Assembly (NCBI GenBank): GCA_018814405.1
Contig: JAHIZO010000005.1
Coordinates: forward strand, 234,684 to 298,683
From: Gammaproteobacteria bacterium
GTDB taxonomy: Bacteria > Pseudomonadota > Gammaproteobacteria > Burkholderiales > Gallionellaceae
DNA length: 64,000 nt
Direction: 5' to 3'
The notes under the pieces were generated by a model. That model was not told the origin of the DNA, searched no databases, and was given only the letters and a program-made list of their open reading frames with translations. Shown here piece after piece: positions 58,731 to 64,000 of this stretch. The first letter of the stretch is position 1. Each line of letters starts with the position of its first letter. The position numbers and the translations under genes were made by a program.

Positions 58731-59846
58731 TCAGCGGCCGCGCGCATCCCCCCAGCGCAACGGCGTGCGGTCGTCGCCGATGTACCAGGTCGAGCCGGTT
58801 TTGTGTTCAACACAGTATTTGGGCGAGACAATGGTCTCTTCGAACACCATGTCATGTGTGATACGTGTGTATTCCAGCAGGATGCTGCGGATGACCTTGG
58901 CATTCGCACAGATATGCGATCCGCGTGTGATCCAGGTCGGGCCGATGATCTCGGCACCATCTTCGATACACACGCCCGAATCGATGTAGACCGGGCCTTC
59001 GATCTTGACTTTGTCCCAGTTGATGCAAGTGTTGATGCCCACCCATACGCCCGGCTTGATCTCTTTGCCCGGCATCTGCATGTGCGCGATCTCCCCGCGC
59101 AGCACGCGCTGCAGCACACTCCAGTAGTCGGCGATATGACCGATGTCGATCCAGTTGAAATGGCGTTTCTGCGCATAGAACGGCATGCCCTTCTCGGCCA
59201 GCATGGGAAACAACTGACTGCCGATGTCGAATACCTGCCCAGAGGGGATCATATTGATGACTTCCGGCTCGAAGATGTAGATGCCGGTACTGGCAAAATT
59301 GGAACGTGCATCTTCAGGCTTGGGCTTTTCCTGAAAAGAGAGGATGCGACCTTCGTCATCGGTCTCGACCACACCATAGTTGCTGACTTCAGAATTTGGC
59401 ACTTCCAGTGTCACCACGCTGGCCATCGCCTTCTTGGTCTTGTGTTCCCACACGGCTGCGCCGATGTCGAGATCGATCAGTGCATCACCGCACAGTACGA
59501 TGGTGGTGGTATCGAAGAAGCCGCCGAAGTCCTGGATGCGGCGCATGCCGCCTGCGGAGCCCAGTGATTTGGGTGTGATCTCACCGTATTCGTAAACGCC
59601 TTCGAAGGAGTAGCCGATGTCGACCCCCCAAGTGCTACCGTTGCCGAAGTAGTTTTCGATCTTCCAGTGCTTGTAGGCGACGTTGACCATGATCTCGTTC
59701 ACGCCATAGCGCGCCAGATGATCGATCAGGTATTCCATGACGGGTTTGCCAAGGATGGGGATCATCGGCTTGGGGAGGTCCTGTGTCAGCGGTCTGACGC
59801 GCGTCCCCTGTCCGGCTGCAAGGATCATGCCTTTGATCTTTTCCAC
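58731..59846 (-). CDS. NDP-sugar synthase (mannose-1-phosphate guanylyltransferase-like) with left-handed beta-helix tail
   Basis: MILAAGQGTRVRPLT..PKPMIP, LGSAGG, FQEKP; GTG start. The longer ORF in the track overlaps tRNA-His and was rejected. Confidence 0.85.
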   Translation of the reverse strand: MEKIKGMILAAGQGTRVRPLTQDLPKPMIPILGKPVMEYLIDHLARYGVNEIMVNVAYKHWKIENYFGNGSTWGVDIGYSFEGVYEYGEITPKSLGSAGGMRRIQDFGGFFDTTTIVLCGDALIDLDIGAAVWEHKTKKAMASVVTLEVPNSEVSNYGVVETDDEGRILSFQEKPKPEDARSNFASTGIYIFEPEVINMIPSGQVFDIGSQLFPMLAEKGMPFYAQKRHFNWIDIGHIADYWSVLQRVLRGEIAHMQMPGKEIKPGVWVGINTCINWDKVKIEGPVYIDSGVCIEDGAEIIGPTWITRGSHICANAKVIRSILLEYTRITHDMVFEETIVSPKYCVEHKTGSTWYIGDDRTPLRWGDARGR

Positions 59847-59895
59847 TACTCTGCCCTCCCTTATTTCCGAGCCTGTGATTCTACACCGATAAAGC

Positions 59896-59923
59896 AAAAG
59901 ACCCGCCACAGTGGGCGGGTCTT
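59896..59923 (-). terminator. Intrinsic terminator after the tRNA operon
   Basis: AAGACCCGCC-ACAGTG-GGCGGGTCTT with T-tail on the minus strand. Confidence 0.75.
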
Positions 59924-59932
59924 CTGATTTTT

Positions 59933-60009
59933 TGGGGTGGCTGATGGGGCTCGAACCCACGACAACTGGAATCACAATCCAGGGCTCTACCAACTGAGCT
60001 ACAGCCACC
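59933..60009 (-). tRNA. tRNA-His(GUG)
   Basis: (G)GTGGCTGTAGCTCAGTTGGTAGAGCCCTGGATTGTGATTCCAG...AGCCACCCCA. Confidence 0.95.
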
Positions 60010-60028
60010 GTTGAAACTTGGGACTATT

Positions 60029-60105
60029 TGGCGTGCCCGACAGGAATCGAACCTGTAACCCCCAGCTTAGAAGGCTGGTGCTCTATCCGGTTGAGCTACG
60101 GGCAC
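60029..60105 (-). tRNA. tRNA-Arg(UCU)
   Basis: GTGCCCGTAGCTCAACCGGATAGAGCACCAGCCTTCTAAGCTGG...GGGCACGCCA. Confidence 0.95.
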
Positions 60106-60145
60106 AATTCTTTTCGGTATTCACCAAACTACTACTTCTAAAACC

Positions 60146-60222
60146 TGGTCGGGGTGGAGAGATTCGAACTCCCGACATCCTGGTCCCAAACCAGGCGCGC
60201 TACCAGGCTACGCTACACCCCG
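60146..60222 (-). tRNA. tRNA-Pro(UGG)
   Basis: CGGGGTGTAGCGTAGCCTGGTAGCGCGCCTGGTTTGGGACCAGG...ACCCCGACCA. Confidence 0.95.
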
Positions 60223-60232
60223 AGAGCGCGGC

Positions 60233-60260
60233 ATTATACAGAGCGAAAACAAAAAATCAA
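60233..60260 (-). promoter_or_regulatory. Sigma70 promoter for the tRNA-Pro-Arg-His operon
   Basis: TTGATT-N16-TATAAT then GCCGCGC discriminator. Confidence 0.6.
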
Positions 60261-60838
60261 TTTTGATTGCGGGTTTTTTCAGAAATTTGTGGAATCGCAA
60301 GAATCAGGTAGTACACCATCGACCACAAGGTAAGGATTGCCGCCAAATAAATCAGCACCGTTCCGACGGAATCACACGGGATACCAAACAAGGATTCCTG
60401 ATACAAAAGGAACATGATGGCCAGCATCTGGAAGGTGGTTTTGAGTTTGCCTAGCATGGACACGGCGACACTCTTGCTGCTGCCGAGTTGCGCCATCCAT
60501 TCTCGCAATGCTGAGATGGTCAACTCGCGTCCGATGATGATGAAAGCGATGATGGCATCCACATAACCGAGTTTGAGCAGGATCACCAGTGCTGCGACCA
60601 CCATCAGTTTGTCGGCAACAGGATCCAGGAATGCGCCGAAGGCGGAGCCCTGATTCAACATACGTGCCAGATAGCCATCCAGCCAGTCGGTGATGGCTGC
60701 CAGCCAGAAGATGAAAGTACCCAACACATGCTTATGATGCAATGACAAAGTCTCGTCAGAAACATAGAAAACGGCGATAAACACCGGTATCAGAATGATG
60801 CGAAACCAGGTCAGCAGATTTGGAATATTGATTGGCAT
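60257..60838 (-). CDS. pgsA: CDP-diacylglycerol--glycerol-3-phosphate 3-phosphatidyltransferase
   Basis: NIPNLLT, TDWLDGYLAR..GAFLDPVADK. Confidence 0.94.
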   Translation of the reverse strand: MPINIPNLLTWFRIILIPVFIAVFYVSDETLSLHHKHVLGTFIFWLAAITDWLDGYLARMLNQGSAFGAFLDPVADKLMVVAALVILLKLGYVDAIIAFIIIGRELTISALREWMAQLGSSKSVAVSMLGKLKTTFQMLAIMFLLYQESLFGIPCDSVGTVLIYLAAILTLWSMVYYLILAIPQISEKTRNQN

Positions 60839-60839
60839 A

Positions 60840-62648
60840 TCAGTGCAAATGGTTATAAATCTTCTCGGCGAGTACAGGGCTTACACCCTCTACTCGCGCC
60901 AGTTCTTCGACACTGGCTTGCTGTACGCCTTTCAATCCACCAAAGTGAGTCAGCAGATTGCGACGACGTTTCTCACCCACCCCTTCGATCTCTTCCAGCG
61001 ACGATGTGGTGCGCGACTTACCTCGCTTGGCACGATGCCCGGTGATAGCGAAACGGTGTGCTTCATCTCGTACTTGCTGGATCAAATGCAGTGCTGGATG
61101 GGCTGGCGGCAATTGTAGCGGCTTTTCCACACCGGGTCGTATCAATTGCTCCAAGCCCGCCTTGCGTTCCACACCTTTCGCCACGCCGATCAGTGCGATG
61201 TCTGATAAGCCGAACTCGGTCATCACTTCTATCGCCATCGCCAATTGTCCCGTACCGCCGTCGATCAATATCAGGTCAGGCCGCTTCCCTTCGCCGGCCT
61301 GCAGCTTTTGGTAGCGCTTCTGCAAAGCTTGTTTCATCGCGGCGTAATCGTCACCGGGTGTGATGCCGCTGATGTTGTAGCGGCGATACTCCTGCGGTCG
61401 AATCGCCAGATCGTCATACACCACACAAGAAGCGACCGTCGCCTCGCCCATGGTATGGCTGATATCGAAGCACTCGATACGTTTCAGGTCGGGCAGTGCC
61501 AGTTCAGTGCGCAATGCTTCCAACCGCAACGTCTGTCCTGCTTGCATACCAGCTTGCTGCTTCAGCCCCAGCAAAGCGTTGGCCTGCGCCATCTCCAGCC
61601 ACTGGCGCCGCTCGCCTGTCACCGAGTGGCGTATCTGTACCTTGTGCCCTGCTTGTTCGCTCAACAACGCCTCCAGCGCCTCATCCTGAACCTCGAGGCT
61701 AGTGATGATGAGCGGCGGTACACTGCGTTCAAGATAATGCTGGGCTAGGAAGGCTTCCAGCACTTCGCTGGCATCTTGTCCCTGTACATTGGATGGATAG
61801 AACGGCTTGTCGCCCAAATGCCGCCCGCCGCGCACCACTGCCAGATTCAGACACAGCGCCCCTTCTGCTTCGACCACGGCCACGATATCTGCATCCGTAT
61901 CGCGTCCACTTTCGACGAACTGTCTCTGTTGCACGGTATGCAAGGCCTGCAGCTGATCGCGCAGGGCAGCGGCATGCTCATATTCCAAAGCCTCGGCAGC
62001 TTGCTCCATCGCCGTGCGCAAGCGTTTCTCGACCTCATCGAACTTGCCGTGCAGCAGCAATCCAGCGTTGCGCACATCGGTGGCGTAAGCCTCGGCGCTG
62101 ATCAGTCCGACGCATGGTGCGCTACAACGATGGATCTGATGCAGCAAGCAAGGTCGTGTGCGGTTGTTGAACACGCCTTCTTCGCAGGTGCGAAGTTTAA
62201 AAACTTTCTGCAACAGGTTGATACTTTCCTTCGCCGCCTGTGCATTGGGATAGGGACCGAAGTATTGATGGCGCTTGTCAGTCACACCGCGATAGTAAGT
62301 AAGGCGCGGTGACGGACTGCCGGTGAAGACGATATATGGATATGACTTATCGTCTCGAAACAATATGTTGTAACGTGGTTTTAAAGATTTTATGAGGTTG
62401 TTTTCCAGCAGCAACGCCTCAGCTTCAGAGCGCGTGACCGTGGTTTCGATGCGCGCGATGTGCGACACCATCAACTGAATGCGTGGCGACAGGTTGCTCT
62501 TCTGGAAATACGAACTGACGCGCTTTTTGAGCTGATTGGCCTTGCCCACGTACAGCACTTGCCCGTGACTATCCAGCATGCGGTACACGCCCGGCTTCAA
62601 AGGCAAGCTGGCGAGAAAGGATTTCGAGTCGAAAACTTCGTCTGTCAT
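60840..62648 (-). CDS. uvrC: Excinuclease ABC subunit C
   Basis: [43 protein letters not shown]. Confidence 0.96.
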   Translation of the reverse strand: MTDEVFDSKSFLASLPLKPGVYRMLDSHGQVLYVGKANQLKKRVSSYFQKSNLSPRIQLMVSHIARIETTVTRSEAEALLLENNLIKSLKPRYNILFRDDKSYPYIVFTGSPSPRLTYYRGVTDKRHQYFGPYPNAQAAKESINLLQKVFKLRTCEEGVFNNRTRPCLLHQIHRCSAPCVGLISAEAYATDVRNAGLLLHGKFDEVEKRLRTAMEQAAEALEYEHAAALRDQLQALHTVQQRQFVESGRDTDADIVAVVEAEGALCLNLAVVRGGRHLGDKPFYPSNVQGQDASEVLEAFLAQHYLERSVPPLIITSLEVQDEALEALLSEQAGHKVQIRHSVTGERRQWLEMAQANALLGLKQQAGMQAGQTLRLEALRTELALPDLKRIECFDISHTMGEATVASCVVYDDLAIRPQEYRRYNISGITPGDDYAAMKQALQKRYQKLQAGEGKRPDLILIDGGTGQLAMAIEVMTEFGLSDIALIGVAKGVERKAGLEQLIRPGVEKPLQLPPAHPALHLIQQVRDEAHRFAITGHRAKRGKSRTTSSLEEIEGVGEKRRRNLLTHFGGLKGVQQASVEELARVEGVSPVLAEKIYNHLH

Positions 62649-62650
62649 CT

Positions 62651-63289
62651 TTAGATCAGTGCCTGAAGCCCTTTTGCAAACTCGGTAGCACCCCCATTCG
62701 CGGGATGCCTGACTGCGCCGCTGACTTTCACCCCCATGTCGCTCAGCAGCCCTTCTGCCTTCTTGCCCACCGCGACGATCTTTGCCTGCGGGAAAGCTTC
62801 GATCAGCATGCGTATCGCAGGTTCACCCAGCGCGATCTCTTGAGGTGTAGGTGTCCTATTCGACCATAACTCATCGGCACGATGCGGATGTAATTGCAGC
62901 GCATTCCATAGGATGGTGCGTTCGGCGATGCCTAAGCGATAAAGCGTCTTCCACACGATGGTGGCTGACGGCTCTGAAAAAGGCAGTCGCCGAGTAGAGA
63001 GTCGGCCGGACAGCGCAGCGATGCGGGGAATGATCCCCTCGCCCAGCAATCGCTCGCTGGTGAAAGCGATGCCGCTGTAACGGCAGCCTTGATAACCGGG
63101 TGCCTCACCAGCAAGGATGAATTCCGGCTCGCAATCCAGATGTGCCGCTAAACGTTCCAGCTTGGCTGCCGGGCCGTTTCCTTCCGCATCATGCGGGCAA
63201 TGGTCTGCCCAAGGGTTGAACAACCCCGGCTTGCCGACTGGCAAGGTCGCAACCAAACTGCGCGCCAATGAAAGAGTGGATGGGTTCAT
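62651..63289 (-). CDS. Uracil-DNA glycosylase-like superfamily protein
   Basis: [45 protein letters not shown]. Confidence 0.75.
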   Translation of the reverse strand: MNPSTLSLARSLVATLPVGKPGLFNPWADHCPHDAEGNGPAAKLERLAAHLDCEPEFILAGEAPGYQGCRYSGIAFTSERLLGEGIIPRIAALSGRLSTRRLPFSEPSATIVWKTLYRLGIAERTILWNALQLHPHRADELWSNRTPTPQEIALGEPAIRMLIEAFPQAKIVAVGKKAEGLLSDMGVKVSGAVRHPANGGATEFAKGLQALI

Positions 63290-63322
63290 ATCTTCCCTGT
63301 GTCCGATTCCGTTTCTGCAATG

Positions 63323-63346
63323 AAAAGCCCCGCTCGCGGCGGGGCT
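63323..63346 (-). terminator. Intrinsic terminator after pnp
   Basis: AGCCCCGC-TCGCG-GCGGGGCT with T-tail on the minus strand. Confidence 0.7.
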
Positions 63347-63366
63347 CGTCCAGACAGCAGGCTGTC

Positions 63367-64000
63367 TTATTCAGCAGCCGGTGCGGAAGCTGCAGGTTGT
63401 TCCTGCAATGCCTTCATGCTCAAACGCATGCGGCCTTTGTCGTCCACTTCCAAAACCTTGACCTTCACGACCTGGCCTTCCTTCAGGTGATCTGCCACAG
63501 CTGCGATACGCTCGTGCGAGATCTGCGAGATGTGCAACAGACCATCTTTGCCCGGCAGGATGTTGATCAGTGCGCCGAAGTCCAGCAGTTTGACCACTGG
63601 GCCTTCGTACACTTTACCGACTTCCACTTCGGCCACGATGTCTTCGATGCGCTTCTTGGCCAATTCACCGGCATCGCCGTTCACGCAAGCGATGGTGATA
63701 TTGCCTTCATCGTCGATATCGATGGTGGTGCCTGTCTCTTCGGTCAGCGTACGGATCACCGCACCGCCCTTACCGATCACGTCACGGATCTTGTCCGGAT
63801 TGATCTTCATCTTGATCATGCGCGGCGCGAAGTCGGAGACTTCAGGACGCACAGTAGGCATTGCCTGCTTCATGATGCCGAGGATGTGCTTGCGGCCTTC
63901 CTGAGCCTGGCTCAGCGCGACCTGCATGATCTCCTTGGTGATGCCGTTGATCTTGATGTCCATCTGCAGCGCGGTGATACCGTTCTCGGTACCTGCCACC
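63367..64000 (-). CDS. pnp: Polyribonucleotide nucleotidyltransferase, C-terminal part (5' end outside the window)
   Basis: [18 protein letters not shown] domain [10 protein letters not shown]1 domain DGLLHISQI. Confidence 0.95.
   Translation of the reverse strand, partial: VAGTENGITALQMDIKINGITKEIMQVALSQAQEGRKHILGIMKQAMPTVRPEVSDFAPRMIKMKINPDKIRDVIGKGGAVIRTLTEETGTTIDIDDEGNITIACVNGDAGELAKKRIEDIVAEVEVGKVYEGPVVKLLDFGALINILPGKDGLLHISQISHERIAAVADHLKEGQVVKVKVLEVDDKGRMRLSMKALQEQPAASAPAAE

Noticed and set aside
59847-60008. 54-aa N-terminal extension of the NDP-sugar synthase shown in the ORF track
   Set aside because: It overlaps tRNA-His and its terminator; the GTG at 59846 with an upstream GGAGG-like SD is the plausible start.

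Overview
This is a gene-dense chromosomal window from a betaproteobacterium. It is probably Gallionellaceae-like (Sideroxydans/Gallionella type); that is an inference from protein and gene-order character and was not verified. Most of it is core genes: rep, ugd, malQ, HU, dnaQ/rnhA/gloB, trpS/scpAB, smpB, pntAB, mutL/aroG/miaA, a Burkholderia-type arn (L-Ara4N) operon, xseA, uvrC/pgsA and pnp, plus seven tRNA genes. The main accessory system is a 9.2-kb minus-strand cluster at 33269-42482: TonB-dependent receptor, His/Met-rich DUF4198-like protein, NapH/CcoG-like 4Fe-4S membrane protein, DsbD_2-like Cys membrane protein, second receptor, tonB-exbB-exbD, and a Tat-exported Csp-type copper storage protein. 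Two tandem RegA-like boxes lie upstream. It looks like a redox-regulated metal (probably copper) capture, reduction and storage system. Other observations: hoxFUY without hoxH; two 85%-identical copies of a 141-bp hairpin MITE with compensatory base changes, placed just before dnaQ and xseA; an att-like scar after tRNA-Ser; an in-frame heptamer-repeat element in the mutL linker; an msrA with a possible dual start; and a hemerythrin/HD-GYP pair preceded by an unannotated 42-aa hydrophobic leader ORF. No CRISPR array, rRNA, integrase or transposase was seen. All family assignments come from motif recognition, not database searches.
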